Under the pieces are notes generated by a model that saw only the letters and a list, made by a program, of their open reading frames with translations, ran no database searches and was not told where the DNA came from. From Sedimenticola sp. (GTDB taxonomy: Bacteria; Pseudomonadota; Gammaproteobacteria; Chromatiales; Chromatiaceae), in assembly GCA_026983675.1 (NCBI GenBank), contig JALSTP010000075.1, positions 442 through 64,441 on the forward strand: a DNA stretch of 64,000 nt. The letters are read 5' to 3'. The translations under genes were made by a program, and so were the position numbers. Of this stretch, positions 9,799 through 18,858 are shown in pieces. Each line of letters opens with the position of its first letter. Within the stretch, counting starts at the first letter, position 1.

Positions 9799-10947
9799 AT
9801 GTCGACAGCGGAAAAACGAGAACAGCGTTCTGTCGAGAGCCAACGCGTGACGCTCGTAGGGGCAGTGGTGAACCTGCTGCTCTCGGCGCTGAAGATCGTG
9901 ATTGGTGTCATCGGCCATTCCGAGGCGCTGGTGGCGGACGGCATCCATTCGCTCTCCGATCTGGCGTCGGACGCGCTGGTCTATTTCGCCTCCCGCCACG
10001 CCCGCCACGCCCCCGACGAGGAGCACCCCTATGGCCATGGCCGCTTCGAGACCGCCGCCACCCTCGGTCTCGGCGGCCTGTTGATCCTGGTGGCGGCGGG
10101 AATCACCTGGGATGCCGTACAGCGCATGTTCAGCCCTGCGGAACTGCTGCAACCCGGCTCCATTGCCCTCTATGTCGCGCTGTTTTCGATCCTGATCAAG
10201 GAATGGCTCTATCACTACACGGTTCGGGTGGGGAGGCGCATCCGGTCGAATATGTTGATCGCCAATGCCTGGCATCATCGCTCCGATGCAATCTCCTCGG
10301 TGATCGTCTTCGTGGGCATCCTCGGGACCCTTGCCGGCCTGCCCTATCTGGATGCCATCGCGGCGGTGGCGGTGGGTATCATGGTGGCCCATATCGGATG
10401 GGATCTGGGGTGGTCGGCGATCCAGGAACTGGTGGATGCCGGTCTGGAGGAGGAAAAGCTGAATGCCATCCGCCGTACCATTCTTTCCGTGGGTGGGGTG
10501 CGTGATATCCACATGTTGCGCACCCGCCGCCTCGGGGGGGTGGCGTCTGCCGATGTGCATGTGCAGGTGGAACCCCGCCTCAGCGTCTCCGAAGGGCATA
10601 TGATCGCCCTCACCGTCGAACAGCGCCTCAAGGAAGAGGTGGACGAGGTCGAGGATGTGACCGTTCACATCGATCCCGAGGACGACCGGAATGCGCCCTC
10701 TTGCGAGGGCCTGCCCTTGCGGGCCCAGGCCCTTGCCATGCTGACAGAGGCCTGGACCGATATCCCGGAGGCCGGTGAGGCGCACAATACCGTGCTGCAC
10801 TATTTGGGGGGGAAGATCGAAGTGGATCTTTATCTGCCTCTCGACCGGTGTGAGAACGTGCCACAGGGCCGAGGGCTGCAGGCACGGCTTCAGGAACGGC
10901 TCACACCTTTGTCGGTCTTTGGGGAGGTGCGGGTGTTCTATGGATAA
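9799..10947 (+). CDS. cation diffusion facilitator family transporter (FieF-like) with an extended C-terminal cytoplasmic region
   Basis: HSEALVADGIHSLSD, HPYGHGRFE, ANAWHHRSD motifs typical of CDF. At 382 aa it is longer than a typical FieF. Confidence 0.85.
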   Translation: MSTAEKREQRSVESQRVTLVGAVVNLLLSALKIVIGVIGHSEALVADGIHSLSDLASDALVYFASRHARHAPDEEHPYGHGRFETAATLGLGGLLILVAAGITWDAVQRMFSPAELLQPGSIALYVALFSILIKEWLYHYTVRVGRRIRSNMLIANAWHHRSDAISSVIVFVGILGTLAGLPYLDAIAAVAVGIMVAHIGWDLGWSAIQELVDAGLEEEKLNAIRRTILSVGGVRDIHMLRTRRLGGVASADVHVQVEPRLSVSEGHMIALTVEQRLKEEVDEVEDVTVHIDPEDDRNAPSCEGLPLRAQALAMLTEAWTDIPEAGEAHNTVLHYLGGKIEVDLYLPLDRCENVPQGRGLQARLQERLTPLSVFGEVRVFYG

Positions 10948-10977
10948 TGCCCTTTTTTGGTGCGTTGGGTGGGGTAT

Positions 10978-10994
10978 TGCGCCAAGATTGTGCA
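10978..10994. promoter_or_regulatory. putative NtrC upstream activator site
   Basis: TGCGCCAAGATTGTGCA matches the NtrC consensus TGCACCA-N3-TGGTGCA at 15 of 17 positions. It lies ~185 bp upstream of the sigma-54 promoter of glnA. Confidence 0.4.
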
Positions 10995-11176
10995 TGCGTC
11001 TTTCGGTTTCCGCTGGAGTTTTTTCTCGCTCGCCCAGCTCTCCAGGAAGCAAAATCCCATTGCAATAGGTACCGGTTTAATATCCTTTTGATTCTCTATA
11101 GAATCTATGCGCCCGGAACAAATGTCCTGGCCCACATGCCCGGTAGGCGCTGTCATTGGATTTCCCCGGCGTCTCG

Positions 11177-11192
11177 TGGCACGGTTTCTGCA
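11177..11192 (+). promoter_or_regulatory. sigma-54 (-24/-12) promoter of glnA
   Basis: TGGCACGGTTTCTGCA: GG and GC separated by 10 nt, close to the TGGCAC-N5-TTGCA consensus. It sits ~108 nt upstream of the glnA ATG. Confidence 0.75.
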
Positions 11193-11299
11193 CTCATCTG
11201 TCAGACCTGTGAAACCGCCTCGACAAGGGCCGTGCGGGAAACAATCCAAACGACTGCACTTTGCAGTAGACACTTAGTTTTCAAGTTGGAGAACGCGAT

Positions 11300-12706
11300 A
11301 TGGGTTCAAAAGTCCTCAAAATGATCAAAGACAAGGAGGTCAAATTCGTTGACTTCCGTTTTACCGACACCCGGGGCAAGGAGCAGCACGTCACCGTGCC
11401 TTCCAGCGTGGTCGACGAAGAAGTCTTCACGGACGGAAAGATGTTCGATGGGTCCTCCATCGCCGGCTGGAAAGGGATCAACGAGTCCGACATGATCCTG
11501 ATGCCGGACCAGGATACGGCCGTGCTCGATCCCTTCACCGACGAAGTGACCGTCAATATCCGCTGTGACATCCTCGAACCCTCCACCATGGAAGGTTATG
11601 AGCGCGACCCACGCTCCGTCGCCAAGCGCGCCGAGGCCTACCTGAAGTCCACCGGCATTGCGGATACCGCCTACTTCGGTCCCGAGCCCGAATTCTTCAT
11701 CCTCGACGATGTCCGTTGGGGGGCCGATATGAGCGGTGCCTTCTACAAGGTGGATTCCGAAGAGGCGGAGTGGAACTCCGAACGTGTCTACGAAGATGGC
11801 AACATCGGCCACCGTCCCACCGTAAAAGGGGGATATTTCCCGGTGCCTCCCGTCGATTCCCTGATGGACATCCGCGCCGCCATGTGCCTGGCCATGGAAG
11901 AGATGGGCGTCAAGGTGGAGGTGCATCACCACGAGGTGGCCACTGCCGGCCAGTGTGAGATCGGCACCCTGTTCGATACCCTGGTAACGCGGGCCGACCA
12001 GAACCAGATCCTGAAATACTGCGTACAGAATGTGGCGCACGCCTACGGCAAGACCGCCACCTTCATGCCCAAGCCGCTGGTGGGTGACAACGGCTCCGGC
12101 ATGCACGTCCACCAGTCCCTGGCCAAGGACGGCGAAAACATCTTCGCCGGTGACCAGTATGGTGGACTCTCCGAGACGGCGCTCTACTACATCGGCGGGA
12201 TCATCAAGCACGCCCGCGCGTTGAACGCCTTCACCAACGCCTCCACCAACTCCTACAAGCGTTTGGTGCCCGGTTTCGAGGCCCCGGTGATGCTGGCCTA
12301 CTCGGCGCGCAACCGCTCCGCCTCCATTCGCATTCCATGGGTTGCCAGCCCCAAGGCGCGACGCATTGAGGTCCGTTTCCCCGATCCCACCGCCAACCCC
12401 TATCTGGCCTTCTCTGCCATGATGATGGCGGGCCTGGACGGCATCCAGAACAAGATCCACCCTGGCGACGCCATGGACAAGGATCTCTATGACCTGCCTG
12501 CCGAGGAAGCGGCGTCGATCCCCACCGTCTGCCACAGCCTCGATCAGGCCCTGGAGGCCCTGAGTGCCGATCGGGATTTCCTCAACGCGGGCGACGTGTT
12601 CACCAATGACCTGATCGATGCCTACATCGATCTGAAAATGGAAGAGGTGACCCGTCTGCGGATGAGCACACACCCGGTAGAGTTCGATCTCTACTACAGT
12701 CTCTAA
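11300..12706 (+). CDS. glnA: glutamine synthetase type I
   Basis: 468 aa: [20 protein letters not shown]..., [22 protein letters not shown]. The adenylylation-site region is present. Confidence 0.97.
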   Translation: MGSKVLKMIKDKEVKFVDFRFTDTRGKEQHVTVPSSVVDEEVFTDGKMFDGSSIAGWKGINESDMILMPDQDTAVLDPFTDEVTVNIRCDILEPSTMEGYERDPRSVAKRAEAYLKSTGIADTAYFGPEPEFFILDDVRWGADMSGAFYKVDSEEAEWNSERVYEDGNIGHRPTVKGGYFPVPPVDSLMDIRAAMCLAMEEMGVKVEVHHHEVATAGQCEIGTLFDTLVTRADQNQILKYCVQNVAHAYGKTATFMPKPLVGDNGSGMHVHQSLAKDGENIFAGDQYGGLSETALYYIGGIIKHARALNAFTNASTNSYKRLVPGFEAPVMLAYSARNRSASIRIPWVASPKARRIEVRFPDPTANPYLAFSAMMMAGLDGIQNKIHPGDAMDKDLYDLPAEEAASIPTVCHSLDQALEALSADRDFLNAGDVFTNDLIDAYIDLKMEEVTRLRMSTHPVEFDLYYSL

Positions 12707-12722
12707 ATCAAGGCGCCGGTAA

Positions 12723-12769
12723 AAAGGCCCGGTCGGGGGTAGGATCCCGCGCCGGGCCTTTCACGTTTT
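12723..12769 (+). terminator. rho-independent terminator-like hairpin after glnA
   Basis: 10-bp stem AAAGGCCCGG / CCGGGCCTTT followed by the T-rich CACGTTTTA, 17 nt after the glnA stop. Confidence 0.6.
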
Positions 12770-12817
12770 ACGGCACCGGCATTTGAGCGCCGCCTCAACT
12801 TGTTCTACCCTATAGCC

Positions 12818-13504
12818 ATGTTCAGATTGATGATTACCTTGATGGGACTCGTGCTGGCGAGTCCGATGGCCTTGGCGGACGCGTTCAAGTGGGTAGACAA
12901 AGACGGCGTTCACTATAGCGACAAGGGGCAACCAGGGGCCGAGGTCATTCGCCTGCCCACTGCCCAGGGGGGGCGCAGAGGCCCCACCGCTGCCGGGCCG
13001 GCGACAAAGGCCGACAAGCGCGCAGCGTCCCCGAGCGCGCCCGCCCGCTATACCAAGTTTCGTATCGTTCAACCCACCGATGGCGGTACCGTGCGCAGCA
13101 ACGAAGGCAAGGTGCAGGTGGTGTTGGATCTTGAGCCGGACCTCGCCCCCAAACACCGGTTTCGCTTTTATCTGGATGGCGAGGCGTTGAAAGGGGATTT
13201 CGCCTCGCGGCTGGTGGTGTTCGAGAACGTGGAACGAGGTGAGCACTCACTTCGGGTGGAGATCGTGGATGCCGGCAACGGTCGGGTGATCCAGACACGG
13301 TCCATCAAATTTTTTCTACGTCGCGCCGCCGAGACACACCCAGATCGCACGGGGAGTGATTCGCAGTCCAGCAAGGGGTTTGCGCCTCGCTATCCACCCG
13401 TCGAACAGGGGCAATTCAGGCCCGTACCCGCGGGTGATTATCGTCCTGCCTTCACCCCCCGCTATACACCGGACTCGAAACCCCACTCACAACCTCAGCA
13501 GTAA
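12818..13504 (+). CDS. DUF4124-like secreted protein
   Basis: Signal peptide MFRLMITLMGLVLASPMALA followed by FKWVDKDGVHYSD, the hallmark DUF4124 N-terminus. As I recall, the same glnA/ntrB interposition is seen in other gammaproteobacteria. Confidence 0.7.
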   Translation: MFRLMITLMGLVLASPMALADAFKWVDKDGVHYSDKGQPGAEVIRLPTAQGGRRGPTAAGPATKADKRAASPSAPARYTKFRIVQPTDGGTVRSNEGKVQVVLDLEPDLAPKHRFRFYLDGEALKGDFASRLVVFENVERGEHSLRVEIVDAGNGRVIQTRSIKFFLRRAAETHPDRTGSDSQSSKGFAPRYPPVEQGQFRPVPAGDYRPAFTPRYTPDSKPHSQPQQ

Positions 13505-13545
13505 CCCGGCCTCCATTCGAAAGCGGACTATCCTTTTGGCCGACA

Positions 13546-13564
13546 TCGCACCATCTTGGTGCGA
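13546..13564. promoter_or_regulatory. NtrC-type palindromic binding site
   Basis: TCGCACCA-TCT-TGGTGCGA, a perfect 8+3+8 palindrome containing the GCACCA-N3-TGGTGC core. Confidence 0.65.
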
Positions 13565-13636
13565 TATCTTCGCTGCAATGTCAAGGGTGATGGGGATCAC
13601 AGGCGATAAACGGGCGTTGTCAGGACGTTTTCCGTC

Positions 13637-13652
13637 TGGAGCATTTTTTGCT
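13637..13652 (+). promoter_or_regulatory. candidate sigma-54 promoter upstream of ntrB
   Basis: TGGAGCATTTTTTGCT with GG-N10-GC spacing. It lies ~75 bp downstream of the NtrC palindrome and ~57 nt upstream of the ntrB ATG. Confidence 0.55.
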
Positions 13653-13708
13653 TATCCCTTATATAGTACGAATCGAACCGTTGCGTCCGGCTGCCAGGTT
13701 AGCACTCA

Positions 13709-14782
13709 ATGGCCACCACGAAGAGAGCCACCGATCCGATCATTCTCGACAACCTGAACACAGCGGTGTTGCTGTTCGATGAGAACTGGCGGCTGCACTA
13801 CATCAATCCAGCGGGCGAGATGCTGTTTGGCGTCAGTGCGCGGCAGGTCATCGGCCAACGGGCTCGGGAACTGATGCACTGCCCTGGCGATATGGTGGCG
13901 GAAAAGCTCGATTGTGTGACCGCTTCGGGTCAGCCTTTCACTGAACGGGGCATTGTATTGCCTCTCTCCGATGGGCGGGAGATCGCCGTCGATTGCACCG
14001 TGACCCCGATTTCGGATCCCGAGATGGCGGGCGGCGTCCTGGTGGAATTGCAGCAGGTGGATCGGCATCTGCGCATCAGCCGGGAAGAGCAATTGATCGC
14101 GCAGCATGAGGCGACCCGCGCCCTGGTGCGTGGTGTGGCCCATGAGATCAAGAATCCGCTCGGCGGGTTGCGCGGCGCGGCCCAGCTCCTTGAACGGGAA
14201 CTCAATGACGAGGGGCTTACCGACTATACCCAAGTGATCATCGATGAGGCCGACCGCTTGCAAGCGTTGGTAGACCGCATGCTGGGCCCGAACAAACGGC
14301 CCCACAAGCAGCCACTGAACATCCATCTGGTGCTGGAGCGGGTATGTACCCTGGTCATGGCGGAGTACGGTGATGTACTCAATATCGTGCGGGACTATGA
14401 TCCCAGTATCCCCGACGCGTATGCCGACAGCGATCAGCTGATTCAGGCGATGCTGAATCTGGTGCGCAACGCGGCGCGCGCGGTGGAGGAGGATGGCAGG
14501 ATCATCATCCGCACCCGAGTGGCGCGTCAACTCACCATCGGCAATCATCGTCACCGTCTGGTGCTGGTGGTCGAGGTGGAAGACAACGGCCCCGGCATAC
14601 CGCCGGGACTGGAGGAAAAGATCTTCCTCCCCATGGTGTCGGGGACCGAGGGCGGTAATGGCCTGGGGCTATCGATTGCCCAGTCACTGATCAACAGTCA
14701 TCAGGGATTGATCGAATGCCGTAGCAAACCCGGTGAGACCGTATTCACGGTATTGTTGCCTCTGGAGCAGGGTGATGAGTAG
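13709..14782 (+). CDS. glnL: nitrogen regulation sensor histidine kinase NtrB
   Basis: PAS N-terminus, H-box HEIKNPLGGLRGAAQLL, N/G boxes (NLVRNAARA, DNGPGIP, GNGLGLS). Confidence 0.95.
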   Translation: MATTKRATDPIILDNLNTAVLLFDENWRLHYINPAGEMLFGVSARQVIGQRARELMHCPGDMVAEKLDCVTASGQPFTERGIVLPLSDGREIAVDCTVTPISDPEMAGGVLVELQQVDRHLRISREEQLIAQHEATRALVRGVAHEIKNPLGGLRGAAQLLERELNDEGLTDYTQVIIDEADRLQALVDRMLGPNKRPHKQPLNIHLVLERVCTLVMAEYGDVLNIVRDYDPSIPDAYADSDQLIQAMLNLVRNAARAVEEDGRIIIRTRVARQLTIGNHRHRLVLVVEVEDNGPGIPPGLEEKIFLPMVSGTEGGNGLGLSIAQSLINSHQGLIECRSKPGETVFTVLLPLEQGDE

Positions 14783-16187
14783 TACGCAATGTCATGTGTG
14801 GGTCATCGACGATGACCGCTCGATACGGTGGGTGCTGGAGAAGGCCCTGAGCCGTGTCGATATGAAGGTGCGGACCTTTAGCAACGGCGGTGACGTCCTC
14901 CAGGCGCTGACGACGGAGCGGCCCGACGTGATGGTGTCGGACATCCGCATGCCCGGAATGGACGGTCTCGAACTGCTGGAGCGGATACGTGCCTCGCAGC
15001 CGGGGCTGCCGGTGATCATCATGACTGCCCACTCCGATCTCGATTCGGCGGTCTCCGCGTATGACGGGGGAGCCTTCGAATATCTGCCCAAACCTTTCGA
15101 TGTCGATGAGGCGGTGGATCAGGTCCGCCGCGCCTGCCGGCAGGCCGAACAACAGGTGGAAAAGGCAGCGGAACCGGTGCCGGCCAGCCCGGAGATCGTG
15201 GGCGAGGCGCCTGCCATGCAGGAGGTGTTCCGCGCGATCGGCCGTCTCTCACGGTCGAACATCACTGTTCTGATCAACGGCGAGTCGGGTACCGGCAAGG
15301 AATTGGTGGCCCGCGCCCTGCATCGCCACAGTCCGCGCCGCGACAAGCCGTTCATTGCACTCAATATGGCGGCGATCCCCAAGGACCTGCTCGAATCGGA
15401 ACTGTTCGGGCACGAGCGCGGCGCCTTCACGGGGGCGCAAAGCCGCCGCGAGGGACGGTTCGAGCAGGCCCACGGTGGCACTCTCTTTCTGGACGAGATC
15501 GGCGATATGCCGCCGGAACCCCAGACCCGCCTGCTGCGGGTGCTGGCGGACGGCGAGTTCTACCGGGTCGGCGGCCATACCCCGGTCAAGGCCGATGTAC
15601 GGATCATCGCGGCGACCCATCAGGATCTGGAGTCTCTGGTGCGGGAGGGGCGCTTCAGAGAGGATCTGTTCCACCGGCTCAACGTGATCCGCGTCCATAT
15701 CCCGCCGTTGCGTGAGCGGGCGGAGGACATCGCGGTGTTGATGGAGCATTTTCTTGTCACGGCTGCCGAGGAGCTGGGCGTGGAGGCAAAGAAGGTCTCA
15801 CCCGAGGCGCTGGCCCGGCTACAGCAGTTCGAGTGGCCGGGCAACGTCCGTCAATTGGAGAACACCGCGCGTTGGCTCACCGTCATGGCCGCCGGCCAGC
15901 GCATTCACGTGGACGATCTGCCCCCGGAGCTGTTGCAGCAAGGTGGCAAGGATGGCAGTGGGGGAAGGGACTGGCGCACGGCCCTGCGCGCCTGGGTGCG
16001 CAGGGAACTCAAACAAGGGAAGGAAGGGTTACTGGAAGAGGCGTTGCCGGCCTTCGAGCGCATCCTGATCGAAAGCGCCCTCGATCATACCGGTGGCCGA
16101 CGGCAAGAGGCGGCCCGTCTGCTGGGTTGGGGGCGTAATACCCTGACGCGCAAGATCAAGGAGCTGGGGTTCGATGATCAACCCTGA
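14775..16187 (+). CDS. glnG: nitrogen regulation response regulator NtrC (sigma-54 activator)
   Basis: REC (VWVIDDDRSIRWVL...DIRMPGMDG), AAA+ (GESGTGKE, GAFTGA, ESELFGHERGAFTGA), C-terminal Fis-type HTH. The ATG at 14775 overlaps the ntrB stop. Confidence 0.95.
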   Translation: MSSTQCHVWVIDDDRSIRWVLEKALSRVDMKVRTFSNGGDVLQALTTERPDVMVSDIRMPGMDGLELLERIRASQPGLPVIIMTAHSDLDSAVSAYDGGAFEYLPKPFDVDEAVDQVRRACRQAEQQVEKAAEPVPASPEIVGEAPAMQEVFRAIGRLSRSNITVLINGESGTGKELVARALHRHSPRRDKPFIALNMAAIPKDLLESELFGHERGAFTGAQSRREGRFEQAHGGTLFLDEIGDMPPEPQTRLLRVLADGEFYRVGGHTPVKADVRIIAATHQDLESLVREGRFREDLFHRLNVIRVHIPPLRERAEDIAVLMEHFLVTAAEELGVEAKKVSPEALARLQQFEWPGNVRQLENTARWLTVMAAGQRIHVDDLPPELLQQGGKDGSGGRDWRTALRAWVRRELKQGKEGLLEEALPAFERILIESALDHTGGRRQEAARLLGWGRNTLTRKIKELGFDDQP

Positions 16188-16258
16188 AAAACGGCGCTTT
16201 TCTCTTTTTACCGATCCCTATAATCTGTTCCCCCCATGACCCAATCGATGGAGTAGAG

Positions 16259-16657
16259 ATGGACAGCAGCAGTATCGACCTGCCGGGTTCCGAGATAGAG
16301 CGCATCACCCTCGAAGGGGATGTGTTGAAGGTCCACTTCGGCCGCGCCTATATCATCCAGACCATGAGCGGTTCCAAAGAGCGTACCCGCTGGTGGCAGG
16401 CGGGCGCCCTGATCTTCGAGGGGGCCGAGGTGGAAGGCGAGATTCCAGAGGGGCCGCTGACCTGCGCCGGCGGTGATGTGGGCGAGAACATCTACACCTA
16501 CCGCGACATGATCCCGATTCCACTGGAAAGCCGGGGCAGCGCCCACTGCGATCTCGGATTCAGAGATACCGATCAACGGCTGGTGGCGCGCGCCACGGCG
16601 GTTCGCCTGGAGATGAAGGACCGTCCCCGCTACATCGAACACATCCGGCCGGAGTAG
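16259..16657 (+). CDS. hypothetical protein
   Basis: 132-aa ORF in an otherwise empty gap, convergent with nfi. I recognise no motif. Confidence 0.4.
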   Translation: MDSSSIDLPGSEIERITLEGDVLKVHFGRAYIIQTMSGSKERTRWWQAGALIFEGAEVEGEIPEGPLTCAGGDVGENIYTYRDMIPIPLESRGSAHCDLGFRDTDQRLVARATAVRLEMKDRPRYIEHIRPE

Positions 16658-16661
16658 ACCC

Positions 16662-17330
16662 CTATCCCGAGGCCAGCTTGTGCGCCTGGCGGGTGGTCTC
16701 GGGCAGGCGGAAACGCGGGGTACACGCGAGCACATAGTGGATGGCGGTCTCCAGGCCGACTCGGTGGCCGACCGAGATATACAGGGGCTTGACCCGGGTG
16801 CGGGTGCGCAACACGGCGCCGATGCGTTCGTTCTTGTGCATCAGCGGCACCCATGCACCCTTTTCCTCGCCCACCGGTGCATGGTCGCCGATCAGGCGCG
16901 ACTTCGCGACGCCTATGGAGGGGAGATCCAGAAGCACGCCGAGATGGGCGGCGATTCCCAGCCGCCGGGGATGGGCGATGCCCTGACCGTCACAGAGCAG
17001 CAGGTCGGGAAGTGTTTCCAGCCGTTCCATCGCCGCCAGCACGGCAGGCAGTTCGCGGAAGGAGAGCAGGCCCGGAACATAGGGAAAGCAGGTGGGGCGC
17101 CGGGCAATGGCCTTTTCCACCGACGTCAGTCGGGGAAAGTCGAGCACGGCAACGGCAGCGCGGGTCACCGCGCCTTTCTCCTCGAACCCCACGTCCACGC
17201 CAGCGACCCGATGCACCTCTCCAAGACGATCCTGGGTTTCAACCCGTTCGGCGAGTTCCGACTGGATGACGCGCGCCTGCGCCGGGGTCACGGCCCATGG
17301 GTGCGGATGATGGAGAGTAAGCGTCGTCAT
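16662..17330 (-). CDS. nfi: endonuclease V
   Basis: VAGVDVGF...[10 protein letters not shown]...[21 protein letters not shown]...IGVAKS, the canonical Nfi motifs. Confidence 0.92.
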   Translation of the reverse strand: MTTLTLHHPHPWAVTPAQARVIQSELAERVETQDRLGEVHRVAGVDVGFEEKGAVTRAAVAVLDFPRLTSVEKAIARRPTCFPYVPGLLSFRELPAVLAAMERLETLPDLLLCDGQGIAHPRRLGIAAHLGVLLDLPSIGVAKSRLIGDHAPVGEEKGAWVPLMHKNERIGAVLRTRTRVKPLYISVGHRVGLETAIHYVLACTPRFRLPETTRQAHKLASG

Positions 17331-17405
17331 GGGGGCTCCCTGTGTCGAAAGACATAGGGTACCCCTTGCGACGGAGACGAACCATCAGGGATTGGGCGGG
17401 GATAT

Positions 17406-18680
17406 TCAGCGATCGATCAAGGAATGGACTTTCTCGATCTGTTCCTCTGCCTTGGCCAGGATCTTGAGGCTCATGCGTGGCGTCAAGTCACCCAATTCCA
17501 GTTTGTCGAGGCAGGCCACTTCATCGAGACGAGGTGCCCGCTCCATCATCGGCGTACCGATAAAGCTGTGCAAGCGGGCGACCATGACCAGATCCGTATA
17601 GTCCGGTTCAAGGCGCCCGTCCCGATTCCAGTCACCGCTCTCTTCGGCCACCGAGACCAAGTCCTCGGGGAAGTTCCAGTCACGCAGGATCATACCGCCC
17701 ACGCGGCCCTGAAGGCGTTGCAGGGTATCGTCGAGCAACGCCTCATTCTCGGCCAGCTCGGGGTAGGTCTCCGCATAGCTGACAATTGCGATGGCGCCGA
17801 TGTTGTGAATCAGGCCGGCGACCATTGCCTGCTCACCACTAAAGCGGCCCGATAGACGCGCCAGGACAAAGCTGATGGCGGCGACCCGGGTGCTTTCTGC
17901 ACACAGGGCCTGCATCCGTTGCTGCAGGGGCCTGGCATGGGCGCGGAACAGTTCGCTGAGGGCGAAACCCACCACCAGCTTGTGGGTGGTCTCGATGCCC
18001 AGGCGACTGACCGCGGCGCTGGGCCGGTCCACCGGATCGTGTTCCGCAAACAGCGCGCTGTTTGCCGCCTTGATCAGTTTTGCCGTGATCGCCGGATCGT
18101 TCTGCAGCATGAGTGCAATGCGCTTGGCGTTGGATGCCTCGCCTTCCAGGGCACGACCCAGACGGATGGCAATCTCTGGCAGGCTGGGGAGCAACAGGCG
18201 GTCATGGGAGAGATCCTCCTCGATCCGGCCGAGCAGGCAGGCCTCCGCATCCTCGTCCGACAGCGTTTCGCTGGTCAGCACCAGGCCGGTGGAAGCTGGG
18301 GCGTCCGTCCCCCTTTGCAGCTCCTGCAGCAGCATGTAGTCGACCAGCAGATACTCAACCGGCCCCTTTGCCTTGACGTCATACTGCTTTGGTGTCAATT
18401 GGGCGATAGGGCGGGCTGCACTGGGCGTGCCCGAAACGAGGGTGGTGACATGGCCGTCCCCGGCCTCCAGCTCCACGGCGCCACTGACCAGAAACAGGGT
18501 GGACGGGTCGGTAGAGCCGCGCTGCAGGATGAGTGCGCCTTTGCGCGCATAGTGCAGGGTCAGCGAACTGGCGAGCAGGTCGAGTTGCTCGTCCGTCAAA
18601 TTCTGCATCACCCCGAACTGGCGCAGCAGTTCTCGGTCCGGCCGCCTGGGCGGCACTGCTTTCAAGTTTGTCTGTCTCAT
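17406..18680 (-). CDS. cyclic-nucleotide-binding domain / HDOD domain protein
   Basis: N-terminal cNMP-binding-like beta-roll (ILQRGSTDPSTLFLVSGAVEL), followed by HDOD (LPSLPEIAIRLGRAL...IALMLQNDPAITAKLIKAANSALF). Confidence 0.75.
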   Translation of the reverse strand: MRQTNLKAVPPRRPDRELLRQFGVMQNLTDEQLDLLASSLTLHYARKGALILQRGSTDPSTLFLVSGAVELEAGDGHVTTLVSGTPSAARPIAQLTPKQYDVKAKGPVEYLLVDYMLLQELQRGTDAPASTGLVLTSETLSDEDAEACLLGRIEEDLSHDRLLLPSLPEIAIRLGRALEGEASNAKRIALMLQNDPAITAKLIKAANSALFAEHDPVDRPSAAVSRLGIETTHKLVVGFALSELFRAHARPLQQRMQALCAESTRVAAISFVLARLSGRFSGEQAMVAGLIHNIGAIAIVSYAETYPELAENEALLDDTLQRLQGRVGGMILRDWNFPEDLVSVAEESGDWNRDGRLEPDYTDLVMVARLHSFIGTPMMERAPRLDEVACLDKLELGDLTPRMSLKILAKAEEQIEKVHSLIDR

Positions 18681-18716
18681 GCCCTCCTGTGGCGGCGGGC
18701 GTGGGAATTTCTTGAA

Positions 18717-18858
18717 TTATTAACCCGGCAACACTATATATCGCATTCAGGACTTCAGGCAGGCCGCGGCGTGCCAGCCCGCAGGCTGCGTTGCCCCGTC
18801 TTGCTGCGGGCCGACGCATCACGGCTGAATACGATATATAGTGTTGCCGGGTTAATAA
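18717..18858. repeat. 34-bp near-perfect inverted repeat separated by 74 bp (MITE- or sRNA-like palindromic element)
   Basis: The left arm TTATTAACCCGGCAACACTATATATCGCATTCAG (18717-18750) and the reverse complement of 18825-18858 differ at 1 of 34 positions. The interior holds a nested GCCCGCAG/CTGCGGGC stem. Confidence 0.85.

Noticed and set aside
11091-11106. Palindrome GATTCTCTATAGAATC and the nearby CTGCACTTTGCAG (about 11253-11265) in the glnA leader region.
   Set aside because: Short palindromes with no match to a binding-site consensus I know (not IHF, not NtrC). I cannot tell them apart from chance without comparative data.
18731-18750. Possible LexA/SOS box inside the inverted-repeat arm (CACTATATATCGCATTCAG).
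   Set aside because: It does not fit CTGT-N8-ACAG. Only the AT-rich centre resembles an SOS box.
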